From NCBI RefSeq assembly GCF_006345805.1, contig NC_043000.1, positions 21,576,001-21,640,000 of the forward strand: a stretch of 64,000 nt of DNA, given 5' to 3'. This stretch comes from Octopus sinensis (lineage: Eukaryota). Shown piece after piece: positions 51,251 to 63,624 of the stretch. The notes beneath the pieces are model-generated. The model saw nothing but the letters and a program-made list of their open reading frames with translations. It had not been told where the DNA came from and ran no database searches. Both the position numbers and the translations under genes were made by a program. How positions within the stretch are numbered: position 1 is the stretch's first letter; every line of letters starts with the position of its first letter.

Positions 51251-52104
51251 CTAGCACTTAACTAATAAATATTTTTCTATAAGAGCCAATATGGAAGCTT
51301 CTACTTAATCACTTGACTCGTGAGAAATAACAACTAAATCTTTTCTCTCAAACCACAATAAACCAACTTTAAAAAATGACACATTCTATGATACAGTCCA
51401 TGTTATTCTTGATGGAGACGGTCACGACTGAATGTCTTTGATCAGAAATGATTTGAGAATAAACAACTTAGAGCTAACGAGTGAACCTCAACATGGCTGC
51501 TGATCTGCTAGAAATAACAGCCAAATTATTTCACTCACACTCTGCTGTGTTAAAAAGGACATCTTGGATACTGTGGTCTTAGGTTCCTTGCTTATAGGGA
51601 AAAAAAACTCGATGATTCCTTTGCTCATCAGCTTGCTTTATCTGGATTGACCTGGGGCTATACAACAACTTCTACAATGGATTTAAAGTAATGACATCTC
51701 AATGCAAATTGTTTATTAGTCATAATTTTTTATATAAAATGTCAAGTAACTATTTTTCTTTGTTGGTTTTTGTCTTTCTTTCATGTATAGAAATATGAAA
51801 AGAGAAAGCAGTAGCTGTGCCAAAAGAGGTGAAAGAGAGAGAGTATTATAAAGAGAAGGGGGGAGTGACAGTGTAGGAGGTGGGTTGGGAGAGAAATAGT
51901 CAGCAGTAAATAATGCTCATGAGACAAGTAGTCATGTCAGCAAATACTGAAATATAGGGAGTGATGAAATAAAAATTGAAAGAGACAGTGTAAGTTCTAA
52001 AGTATAGGGGAAGTAAAACAAAAAACAGATATATAATAGGAGGAATTAGATAGTTAGTATGACATAGAAATTTGTTTATATTGTTTAAAGTGTACCTTTC
52101 CTTC

Positions 52105-52617
52105 ATTGGACACTAAACTCTGCTTGCAAAGACCTGTTGAGGCAAGTGAAATCAAAATCAAATTCAATGACTGCCATCCGTGCTAGTGGAGCGCTAAGAA
52201 TACTATCCAAGCATGATTGTTGCCAGAGCAACAAACTGGCTTCTGTGCTGGTGGCACGTAAAAGCACCATTCAAGCGTGATCGTTACCAGCATCGCCTTA
52301 CTGGCACTTGTGCTGGTGGCATGCGAAAAAAACATTTGAGTGAGGTCGTTGCCGCTGGACTGGCTCCTGTGCCGGTGGCACATAAAAAGCACCATTTGAA
52401 CGTGGCCATTGCCAGTACCGCCTGACTGGCCCTCATGCCGGTAGCACGTAAAAGCACCCACTACACTCTCGGAATGGTTGGTGTTAGGAAGGGCTACCAG
52501 CTGTAGAAACTCTGTCAGATCAGATTGGAGCCTGGTGCAGCCATCTGGTTCACCAGACCTCAGTCAAATCGTCCAACCCATGCTAGCATGGAAAGCGGAT
52601 GTTAAATGATGATGATG
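52105..52617 (+). mobile_element. Family C retroposon
   Basis: Colinear with 14305-14700 plus extra internal units; (GAT)n tail. Confidence 0.88.
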
Positions 52618-54399
52618 AAAGTGTCAGAGTATAAATGTTAAGAAATGAAGAGAAATGGTAGATTTTTAATGAGGCAGGGAGAAAGAGAGGGAACGGTATA
52701 GAGAAGGAGAAAAAATGTTGAAGAGTAGGGGGAGTGACAGTGTAAGAATAAGAAATGACTTTTCAAACAGAACAAGATGAAGATCTCTGTTGTAGAGAAA
52801 CTATTCAACTTTGAACTGCAGAAAGATGATTATCATAGGAAGCCTGTTGTGGATGTGTTAGAGAGTAGTAGTGCCACAAAACAAACACAAGAAAAGTAAA
52901 GCAATACTCTGTATAAAAATAATTGAAAGAAGACAAAATGAAACACATGAAGAAAATAGAGCAAGGTTTGACAAAAAACAGTAAAAGTAACTGAAAGACA
53001 ACAAAATGACACACAAGATACTGGAACAAGGCCTGGAGTAGAAAGATTAAGAATTACTCAACAAGAATAGAAATAAATCTTATAAATTTCTATGGATACT
53101 TTGCTAGCTATATATAATTCAACAGAAAAATTAAATTTTTAATAAATTTTATTTGCAGTATTAAAAATAGATCTTAGTACAAAAAACTGGAAGCAGTTTT
53201 TGAAAATTTCTTAATTCATTTCTACATTTCAAAGTTTTCAATTCATTTCACATCGACGCTGAGTTATTTAGAAAATTACAACAACAACAAAAAAACAGGA
53301 AACAAGATTAGAAAGTGAACAATAATTCATTCAAAAAGGATGAGTTTAAAAGCATTAATAGAATATTGATCCTACAAAAAGGTGTTTTGATTAGGAAAAA
53401 ATAAAATAAATGAAAGAAAGAAAACTAACTTCATTAATCTTCAAAATGTACTATAATTCAATCTCATTAATTTACTGTTTTGGTGTTTACCTTAACTGTC
53501 ATTTTTCATGCAGATGGCAGCCTTGAGCAATTAATCTCAATGATTTTTTTTTTCTAATCCAAATACTTTTTCGTTTGTACTTGTGATAATGTTATGAACT
53601 TACTTAATGATTATCTCATCACTATGTCAGCATGTATGAGGAAGTGTATACTTAACTGCGAAAGGCCAAAAGTACAGAAACATACCTTCAGTATCTCCCT
53701 TCTTTCCATTTACTCCCACCCACCACTGTATAATGTGGAGTAACCATGTATCTCCTCTACAGCAAGACACCTGGGCTTGTCCCTCTATCATACTTCTTAG
53801 TCTCTCAACACATGACATACAACCATCTCCACCTCTCAATAGCCCTTCCCACCCTCTTAGTCAAGAGGACTTATTTCCTTTTTCTTGTCTTGTAAGTTAC
53901 CTGGCAATCTCACATGCTAGTGGCAGGCAGAAAAAAAAGCACCTAATACACACTTAAGTGTTTGACATTAGGAAAGACATCCAGCCATAGAAACCATTTA
54001 GAGCTGACATTGATGCAGCCTTGCAGCTCACCAGACCCTGCCAAACTGTCCATCCCATGCCAGCATGGAAAACAGACTTAAATAATGATAAGGTTGCTTT
54101 TTTCTCATTGCAAGTACTTCTCATTAAATTTTTAAACCTCATTTAGCATTTTTGCATTATGCTAACACTAAATTATTCTAGGTCTGAAAGCTAGTTTTAG
54201 GGATGGGAACATGGCTTTTCATTAGAATGAGTGAGTGGAGGGAGTTGTTTTTTGTTTCGTTTTTAAGTCTTGTAATACCTACATTTTTGGTGGCTTAGTC
54301 AGAGATAGAATGAAGGGTTGCACCCATAACATTTTTTATGCCCTACGAAACTAGTGTGAGGAAGTTATCCCTCAAACTGGAGACCTGACTTACTTGCAA

Positions 54400-55773
54400 C
54401 TGAGGACTCTGCTGAAGGCGCTCATGGGTTTGGCGTTGAACAGGGCGATAAACTGGAGAAGTGAACAGACGGTTATATTGATCCCAGTACTTGATTGGCA
54501 CTTTTTTATGACCCCAGAAAAGGAAAGTTAAACTACGGCGGGATTTTAATTAAGAGCTGAACGAGCCGTAACTCTATATCACACTTCATTTCGCATGACA
54601 CTCTAACGGTTCTGCTTAACAGACCATCCTTAAACCGGACAACAAATTCGGTTTCCCATCAGTATATATAACAGCTAATATAACTTGCTTAATCATTCGT
54701 ATTTTTCTGTTTTTCCCGTGTTTACAATTCATCTCGTATTGTAAGGAATATTTCGTGGACGCACCTTTGTGAAACAGACACGTGTAGAATAAACCAGAAT
54801 CTTTACTTTCTAAAGTAGTTTTACCTGGGTGTTTATTATCTCCAGCTAATTGTCATTAAAACTAATTGTGACCCGTAACTTTTGTACTTTATTGTATTTA
54901 AAGCAGTGAAGAAAGAGTTTTATATAACAATGACTATACCATTATCAATTTGCTAAGTATTGTTCAGCTCGTGTTACACGACAGTTTTATAGCCACGTAA
55001 GTAGAAATCGCGAAAGCATTTTTATATTTTCGTTTTGGTTTTAAACTTTTGAAATGTAATAACTTAAGTGCCTGAGATCTGTAATGGAACATGTAGGCGG
55101 GGGACAACGTCTCTATCGCTAAGAAAACCTACTTCACTTACTACTACCCTACCTGGATGACTTTCTAGATATAAAGAGGGGGGAAGGTAAAACTGTCCGA
55201 TGGTTTAGTGCAAGGGAGGATAACTCTAACATTCCTATTGGTGACAGATCAACAAAAAGGTGAGACGAAATTAAACCGTCCCACGTTTTCTTTCATTTAA
55301 TCATTCTATGCAAATTATTTCCTGCCCAATAGATTTTCCGCCACTTATTGTAGCTCTTACACCATATATAAATCTTATCAGTAGAGGTTTGTCTTATTTT
55401 TCTTTTAAAACTCTCATTTCATTTATGTATTTGTTCTAAAAAAGTTTCGGACGGTCCATTAATAAATTAGGTAAGTCTTATCGTTTTATAGTTCAGAAAA
55501 ACTTCTTTATTGCATTTGTATTTTCTGTCGTGGTTTTTATAGACAACAGTTCGATTTGATGGGTTTAAAGAACTGTTATTACTAAAGTTTATAAGGTTGT
55601 GCAACTCTTAAACTTCTCGTAATTTCTTTTTTGTAAAAGCGGCTTACCTAGTTGTCAACTTCGATTTTAAGAGCTTCGATTCGATTTTAACAAACTATTG
55701 TAATCCCATACTTTTTCTTACGGCATTTATTATACTATCGTTTATATTCACATTAACTAATTTCTATTAGGAC

Positions 55774-55823
<50 letters not shown>

Positions 55824-56234
55824 ATCAATAAAATGTTAGGAATGTATTGATCTCGACTTTATAACAATATGAACTGTAATTTTGGCAAATGCATTCGTTG
55901 TAAGACGCTCGATATTCTATCTAATTTCCATGGCAGAGGGTTTTTCTTCTGTTTTTTAATACCTTTCTTCTCTTACAAAATGAAATATCAATGTAATCTA
56001 CCTGACCTGGCGGAAACATCCACCTTAGCAATCAGAGCTAACTTTTCAACGTGTCGAATTAACATTTGATTTTTGCTACTTTATCATTGATTTTTCTCTG
56101 CAACTTGAAAAGATTTTCTTGTGTACCGCTGGGCTTGTTGCCCACAGCTACACAAGAAATTCCTGGCTTGATCCCATCGTTATTTTATCAAAGTATTTAT
56201 TCACTAAATTCTTTTTTCTCTCTTAATCTCCCAC

Positions 56235-56265
<31 letters not shown>

Positions 56266-56330
56266 CATGTGTGCGTGTGTGTGTTGATAACTGAACAGTA
56301 TCGTAATTCCTATGCTTTTCAACTTCGGTA
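54400..56330 (+). promoter_or_regulatory. CpG-retaining promoter region with probable non-coding first exon ending at 55470
   Basis: Dozens of CpGs in unique sequence versus near absence in flanking unique DNA. GC-box-like AGGCGGGGG 55095-55103, ATTGG 55237-55241, CCAAT 55326-55330, consensus donor AG|GTAAGT at 55470/55471, ~2.2 kb upstream of the ATG exon acceptor. Confidence 0.6.
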
Positions 56331-56864
56331 GCTACTGGGTTGTTTGTATTTAATTGTGCATTTTACAAGAATGAAACTAGAATCTTTTGAATCTCATTAA
56401 CATTACATAAAATAAGTTCAATTATACATATACATAAGAAATTCAGTTTTAAGATTTGCATGTCATAGATGAAGAATATACAAGTTAATGAACCGTGCTA
56501 GCAGTGCTGCCAAGTGTGTAGGAATGTGCACAGGTGTAGCATCAATTTCTTTTAAGCTTTTGTTACTTTTTGTGTAAGTGAAAGAATGTGCAACACTTGT
56601 TTGGATGGCTAGCAGTTAAGTTTGTTCTGAAAGTAGTCCAATACAGTTAGACTAAAAGAAGCATGAAATCTCATGTTTATAGGGGAGAGTTGGTGAAAAG
56701 GATTCCTGTGTTGTTTAGCCCCAATTTGGCCCTAATTTGGTAGACCTATGATCAGACATTCCACCTGTGATGATCCTGTCTTTTTAAGGATATCTAAAAC
56801 TACATTATTTCATGCTTTTATTTAAGACATGGGTGTGATTTTAGGTGGATTTGGCTATTGTTTC

Positions 56865-57093
56865 TTATTTCTTTACTGCCTACAAGGGGCTACACAGAGA
56901 GAGTACAAACAAGAACAAACGGATTAAGTCGATTATATCAACCCCAGTGCGTAACTGGTACTTATTTAATCGACCCCGTAAGGATGAAAGGCAAGTTGAC
57001 CTCAGCGGAATTTGAACCCAGAATGTAGCGGCAGACAAAATACCGCTAAGCATTTTGCCTGGCGTGCAAACGATTCTGCCAGCTCGCCACCTT
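56865..57093 (-). mobile_element. SINE family B inserted in a family E repeat
   Basis: Flanked by TTTGGCTATTGTTTCT direct repeat. Confidence 0.88.
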
Positions 57094-57686
57094 AATAGCC
57101 TTTGGCTATTGTTTCTAGCTGGTTGAGATCTTTTCCCTGTAAGTGGAGATGTTCTAGCTAGAAAAGAAAATAATTAGATATCTGACTTGGTTTGCTCAAA
57201 ATATATTGCTGCTAAGTATCTTATAAAAAAAGGTGGAAAACTGAAACACACAAAGAAAAACAGTAACAACTTAATTCTTTATGCAGAAAAGATATAAGCC
57301 TACAAATCGTTATAGCAAAAACTTTTATATACACTTGTAAATACTGAATTTATATGATGAGCTAATGATGATAATTTTTGTAATTCTATGTTTCAAAAAA
57401 AAAATTCCAAGTATATTTGATTGTTTTTTTGTTTAATGTTTTACTTTTTGGCCTGAGATTTTGTTTTTATTAACATTTTTACAGGGAGAAAAGAAAGAAA
57501 AATAAACAAGTTATCAAGGGTGGGGATTAAGCAGTAGAAGGTGGTGGGGAGTAACAGGTTAGGAATTTGAAAAACTTGGTAATTCTTTTTAAAAAAAAAG
57601 CTAAATATTAAACTGTTTAATTTGTAGTTATATTTAACTGATTGTATTCTATTTCTGTGTTTTTCTCTTTTAGGCTAAATGCAGCC

Positions 57687-58373
57687 ATGTTTGGGTCTAA
57701 CCAAAACAACAAACTACATGATTCCTATCATAGTAGTGCACAGCCAACATTTCCAGTCTTGAAACTACATTCCCCATCAATGGAAAAAGAGAATGCTACA
57801 TTCGACCATGAAACCATGACCAATGGCTCTTTGAATCCAGAACAGCAGTCATTCCTGAAATCATTTGGGGAATTATCCTGTCATTGTTCAAACTACAGCC
57901 ATTGTCACCAGAGTAACATTCCTTCAAAAGCTAACTCTTATCACCAACAAACTACCTCCGTACGGAAACTTTCAGGGGATCCGATGAGCCAACAGAATCA
58001 ACAACGTAATACCCTTAATGAAATTTCTCATTTGGATATTGTTCAGAGGAATGGTGAAAGTATTCTACTCCACCAAGACTGTTCTTCACAGAAGCTGCAG
58101 CATCACCCAAATGTTCTATGTACCTCAGACTCCTCAAAACATTCTTTGAATAACAGTTTACTGTGTAACGATGTTGAACCAACCAAACAGTCAAATGCTG
58201 TGATTGAAAACGTAGCTATCACCCAAAGTTCATTAAAATCTCAGAAATCTCACCTGCCTCTTTGTATATATTCTCGAGGGAAATTAAACTGTGTCTCTCA
58301 AAAAAAGAAGATAAGTGCAACAAATTCTACAAAGTATGGAGTAAGTCCCAAAAGATTTCGCAAATGTACTGAG
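57687..58373 (+). CDS. First coding exon (229 codons) of a spliced host gene; low-complexity S/N/Q/H-rich N-terminus, probably an F-box/WD40 (FBXW7-like family) protein
   Basis: Polypyrimidine tract + TAG acceptor (exon starts 57674), GCAGCCATG start at 57687, non-repetitive open frame MFGSNQNN...YGVSPKRFRKCTE, donor GAG|GTAAGC at 58373/58374, phase 0. Family call is inferred from the joined peptide with the next exon. Confidence 0.8.
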
Positions 58374-58506
58374 GTAAGCCAGATTACTTTTTAACTTTAT
58401 TCCCTTTTCATTGAGTGTCACCATGTTGTGTGTGTATGTGAGAAAGAGGATGGTAGGGAAGAGAAAAGTAGAGAAAGAGAATGGTAGGGGAGAGAAAGGT
58501 AGTGAA

Positions 58507-58728
58507 AGGCGGTGAGCTGGCAGAAACAATAGCGAAATGCTTAGTGGTATTTCGTCTGCCATTACGTTCTGGGTTCAAATTCCGCCAAGGTTGACTTTGC
58601 CTTTCATCCTTTCGGGGTCGATAAATTAAGAACCAGTTACGCACTGGGGTCAATATAATCAACTTAATCCATTTGTCTGTCCTTGTTTGTCCTCTCTGTG
58701 TTATTCACTTGTGGGTAGTAAAGAAATA
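58507..58728 (+). mobile_element. SINE family B (intronic)
   Basis: Consensus match; AGGTA(G/A)TGAAAG flanking repeat. Confidence 0.88.
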
Positions 58729-59018
58729 GGTAATGAAAGAGAGAGAATGGTAGGGGAGAGAGAGTGTGTGTGTGTGTGTGTGTGTCTTTCATCTTTCACA
58801 ATATTGAAACTCAGCTAAAGCTTTCTTAAAATGAAGTTAGTCTTTTAAATACATACTTATTTGCCAGTGTGATAAAAATATGAAGCATTTAAAAAATTTT
58901 TTTCTGTTGTCTCTGTCTTAATTTTCTTCAGTTTCCAATTATGTTTTGCTTTGTGTTACTTTATCTATCAGTCAACTATATCCAGAATAATTTTTTTTTT
59001 TTAATTAAGAAATTCACA

Positions 59019-59377
59019 GGCGCAGGAGTGGCTGTGTGGTAAGTAGCTTGCTTACCAATCACATGGTTCCAGGTTCAGTCTCATTGCGTGGCACTTTGGG
59101 CTAGTGTCTTCTATAGCCTCAGGCCGACCAAAGCCCTGTGAGTAGATTTGGTAGAAGTAAACTGAAAGAAGACCATCGTGTATATATATATGTGTGTGTT
59201 TGTCCGCCCAACATCACTTGACAACCAATGCTGGTGTGTTTACGTCCCCATAACTTAGCAGATCAGCAAAAAAAAACAATAGAATAAGTACTAGGTTTAC
59301 AAAGAATAAGTCAATTTCTTCAACTAAAGGCAGCGCTCGAGCATGGCCACAGTCATATGACTGAAACAAATAAAAGA
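59019..59377 (+). mobile_element. SINE family A (intronic)
   Basis: Starts GGCGCAGGAGTGGCTGTGTGG; full-length. Confidence 0.9.
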
Positions 59378-60394
59378 ATAAAAAAAAATAAACATGATCA
59401 AGAGGTCCTTCGTTTGAAAACAGGTAAGGGTTAATGTCACGAAAAAAGAACTGGAGTTAGCAAAACTATTTTTTATAGAATTCATATTACTGTAATCTAT
59501 ATTATAATAGATTTGATTGTAGCATTTATCTTGTGTGTGTGTGTGTGTGTGTAAAAAGTGTTTTACTACCATATGTAAATATACAGTGCTTAGCTGTACG
59601 AGTAAGTGTGTATGGCCTTGGCAACATGTACTATTCTTTTGCTAATTGTTTTAGGTACCTATGTAGCTGTGAGCAGACATAGACATTCTCTCATCCCTCC
59701 CACCTTGGATCCAGCAGAACATCATGTGTATGACAGCTGGAGGGAAAGGGAATTGTTGAGTAGACTGGAGCAATGAAGTACCTTGCTTAAGGACACAATG
59801 TACTACCCAGTCCAGTAATCAAACCCCTGACTTTACAGTTTTATGACCAACACCCTAACCGCTTAAACATATGCTTTCACATATATAGTATATATAGTTG
59901 TAATAGACTTTATTTCCTAGTATCGAGATCAATAGCCAAATTGATATTAATTTATTATTGGCATCAGATTAATAAACAGCTTCCAGTTGACTTCTTTGAC
60001 CTGTGTGATGCACTTGTCATGGGAGTTTTTAAATATGATATAAAGGTAGTTCTCCGCCCCCAGTTACTTTCCTATGGGGATTTTACAACACTCTTTTACA
60101 CCTGTCTGGACACACTTGGAATATAAAGAACCAGAATAAAAGCTGCAAAACATTTTGTCTTACAGTTCCATCAAGTCATCCTTCTAGAATAGTGTTTTAT
60201 TTTATCAACCTTGGAAGGATAAAAAAGTCAGTGTTGGTATTGGGGAAATTTGAACTCAGAACACAAAGAATCGCAGCAGATACTTGCGCACCTGAGCACT
60301 GTATACAATAATTTCATTATTATTATTTTTTTAAAGATATTTTATCTAACACTCTCATGAACACCACTTTCTAACCGTGATAATAGTCTGTTAA

Positions 60395-61280
60395 CCCTTT
60401 TGAGACACACGGTGTTTTGGTATGTGTAACCAAAAAGACCAAACCTTTTTTCTGTGGTTGGTGTTAGGAAGGGCATCCAGCTGTAAAATCCCTGCCAAAA
60501 CAGACACAGTAGTCGAGGGTAGTTTTTCTACCTAGTTGGCTCCTATCAACCATCCCTACCCATGCATACATGGAAGATGGACATCAAATGTTGATGGCGA
60601 TGATGATTGAAATTGATGGGTGCATGTATTAATAGAAAACAGGATAAAGTGCCTAAAACTACTGTATTGATATGTAAAACTATATATATTATGAAAGCTT
60701 ATAAACAGTACAATACATCTATTACATAAGAAAACCTAAAACAACACAATAAAAATGATAAACGTCGCCCTTTTCAAGCCTAGCCAGGCTCATGGGCCCA
60801 GTTTCCTGGTTTCTGTGGCGTATGTGTTCCCCCCCAGCTGGACAGGATATCAGTCCATCGCAGCGTTACTCAAGAAACAGGAAGAGAGAGTGAGAGAAAG
60901 TTGGGCGAAAGAGTACAACAGGGGTCACCACCACCCCCTGCCGGAGCCTCGTAGAGCTTTTAGGTGTTTTTGCTCAATAAACACACAACGCCCGGTCTGG
61001 GAATCAAAACCGCGATCCTCTGACCACGAGTCCGCTGCCCTAACCACTGGGCCATTGCGTCTCCACAAAACAACACAATACATGTAAATAAATAAAATAA
61101 TAAGCATAAATGTTTTTGTGAAAAAATAAAATATGTGCTGAAAGATGATCTCTGATTGGCTATTACACTTCAAAACCAACCATTCACAACGTTTGTTTCA
61201 TCAGGCTGGTGGATTGGCTTCAAAATCCTTTCAACTTGTATCATTTGGGCCGATCAATTGGTCCAGATGTCCCAAGAGGG
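60395..61280. mobile_element. piggyBac-like non-autonomous element containing two nested retroposons
   Basis: TTAA flanks (60391-60394, 61281-61284); TIR CCCTTTTGAGACA vs reverse complement CCCTCTTGGGACA (11/13). Confidence 0.65.
60763..61066 (-). mobile_element. SINE family D head with an alternative 3' half
   Basis: Same tRNA head and body as 8442 up to the 'aactttctctcactct' segment, then a different tail that is also seen at 478-572. Confidence 0.85.
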
Positions 61281-61938
61281 TTAAATATAGATATTCTCTC
61301 GCATATGTCAAATCTAATACTCTATATTAAATGCTATCTAGAATTTTAGTCAACTCAAATTTCCATATCTGTTAATTTGTTTGTTTCTTTTATATTTGGT
61401 GTTTCCATAGAAGCTTAGGCTGTACAAATATTTTTGCTGCACTGCTCTGAGATCTGATTTCAAATCCCACCGTGATCGACTTTGCCTTTTTACCCTTTTG
61501 GTGTTGGTTAAAAAAAAAAATACCAATTTAGGATGGTAGATTGGCATAACTGGAAGAATATTGGACCAAATGCCATGTATTTGTTCTGGCCCCTTGAGTT
61601 CTGACCCAATGCCTGTGACAATACTCATGCCAAGTCATATCTGCTCCAAGATAGCAGTCTTTTACTTGGGCAACATTGAGAGTTTAGAGCAGGAAGGAGC
61701 TTGCTGATCAAATTTGCATACATGTGCAGATACAGAATCAACCCAAACCATTGGAGGCCTTGGAACATGATTAAAACATCATTTCACTTGTGTGCTTTAA
61801 TATATTTAAGAAAGTTATGAATGCCACCGCTTATGAGGATGGACTGAATTTTTTATTAATAACTGCATTGCTTCTTTCCTGCTAAGCTGACTGTTCAAAG
61901 AAGACTTCAAAAGTAACTGGTAGTGACTTCTCTTGAAA

Positions 61939-63338
61939 ATGGACAAAACTTGGCATTGCGGTGTTATCAAGTGTCTGCAGAAAAATGGTTTATTTCCCAA
62001 GGACATTTATGCTGACATAGTTGCTATATTAGGGGATAATGGATGGAAGCACTCCATCAGTTCCGACAACGAGTGTTCCAGTTGATCCGATCAACAGAAC
62101 AGCCTGCTCGTGGAATTAACGTGCAAGTGGCTGAGCACTCCACAGACACGTGTACCCTTAACGTAGTTCTCGGGGATATTCAGCGTGACACAGAGTGACA
62201 AGGCCAGCCCTTTGAAATACAGATACAACAGAAACAGGAAGTAAGAGTGAGAGAAAGTTGTGGTGAAAGAGTACAGCAGGGATCACCACCACCCCCTGCC
62301 GGAGCCTCATGGAGCTTTAGGTGTTTTCACTCAATAAACACTCACAACGCCCGGTCTGGGAATCGAAACCACGATCCTACGACCGCGAGTCCGCTGCCCT
62401 AACCACTGGGCCATTGCGCCTCCACGATTAGGGGATAATACTCCACCTTTATCAACAGTGCAAAAGTGGACAGCTGAATTTAGGAGAGCAAGAAAGTCTT
62501 AAAGATAACTTGTGGTCTGGATGTCCTACAACTGCCACAACTAAGGAAAATATTGACCATATTCACCACATGGCGATGGATGACAGGCAATTGACTATAA
62601 ATCAAATAGCCAATGCTATTAGCATATTATGTGAGTATATTCTGCACAATGAGCTTGGCATGGTGAAGGTTCCTGCTCAGTGGGTGCTACATCTGACACC
62701 TGATCAAAAGTGCACCAGGCTGTTCTCATCACAAGAAAATCTGACATTGCTTAAGGCAGATCCAGCTGATCTCCAAACATTTCCTAAGCCAGGATGCCAG
62801 GATATGTGTTGGCTTCATCACTTTGAGCCAGAGACAAGGAGACATTCCATGCAGTGGAAACACCCCTCCTCACCTGCTTCAAAGAAGGCCAAGATTGTTT
62901 CATTTACAGGGAGGGTGTTGGCTTTGGTTTTTGGAGGATGCAAAAGGCATTGTGTTTTTTTTACTATCTTCAAAAAAGCAACACTATCAATGGAGAATAC
63001 TATGCCAACTTGCTGAAGCAGTTACGAAATGTTATCAAGACAAAACATCCAGGAAAACAACTGAAGTTTTGTTGCATTAGGACAATACTCCATCACTCAA
63101 GTCCTTACTTTTAATGGCTGCTGTTTATGACTGGCTTTGAACTGGTTGATCACCTTCCTTATTCTACTGATTTGGCCCCCAGCTGACTATCATCTATTTC
63201 CCAACATTAAAAAATACTTGGCTGTTGATAACTTTTTTTAACCAACAGAATGAAAGCTTTTTCATCAATGGGATCCAAACACTGCAACACCGCTGGAAGA
63301 AGTGTGTGGACTGCAAGGGAAACTATGCTGAAAAATAG
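61939..63338 (+). pseudogene. mariner transposase pseudogene (frameshifts, deletions, SINE insertion)
   Basis: MDKTWHCGVIKCLQKNG...LSTVQKWTAEFRR, SGCPTTATTKENID, KVPAQWVLHLTPDQK (WVPxxL), WLHHFEPETRRHSMQW, NTINGEYYANLL, HLPYSTDLAP (YSPDLAP), QHRWKKCVDCKGNYAEK*. Confidence 0.92.
62041..62426 (-). mobile_element. tRNA-derived SINE family D (octopus OR-like), full length, inserted in the mariner
   Basis: Near-identical to 8442-8824 in reverse. Perfect 13-bp TSD ATTAGGGGATAAT (62028-62040 / 62427-62439). Confidence 0.92.
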
Positions 63339-63558
63339 ACTTCATTTGGTCACGCAAGAATATCTTGGTCAGCCTATGAACTTTTCAGCCAACCCTTGTA
63401 CTATTCCCCGACTTCCTTAGGTATTTTTCTATGTGGCTGCTAATGTTAAAGCTATCTGTGCACTGTGTGTTGCTAATTTTTCGGGGGGGGGGGGTTGTTT
63501 TCTTTCTTCCACTAGTTATTAATTTTTTTATCTCTCTTTTTTTTTTTATTCATTTCAG

Positions 63559-63624
63559 GAAATGGGAAAATGGTTTCTAGAATTTAATGATGAACAGAAA
63601 AATATTTTTCTGAAAGGGTTGTTG
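63559..63624 (+). CDS. Next coding exon (EMGKWFLEFNDEQKNIFLKGLL); gene continues beyond the window
   Basis: Long T-tract + TTTCAG acceptor, 66 nt phase 0-0, donor TTG|GTAAGA, joins in frame to the previous exon. The W-F-x-x-F-x-D-E-Q-K-x-x-x-L-x-x-L-L pattern resembles the dimerisation-type helix upstream of the F-box in FBXW proteins (recognition from memory, unverified). Confidence 0.75.

Larger units (their letters stand above)
61832..63400 (+). mobile_element. Decayed mariner (Tc1/mariner, irritans/Himar-like) DNA transposon in the host-gene intron
   Basis: Right end cagcctatgaacttttcagccaacccttg+TA (63370-63400). Weak possible left TIR at 61832-61848 (12/17 to the reverse complement of the right end). 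Encloses a transposase pseudogene. Confidence 0.85.
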
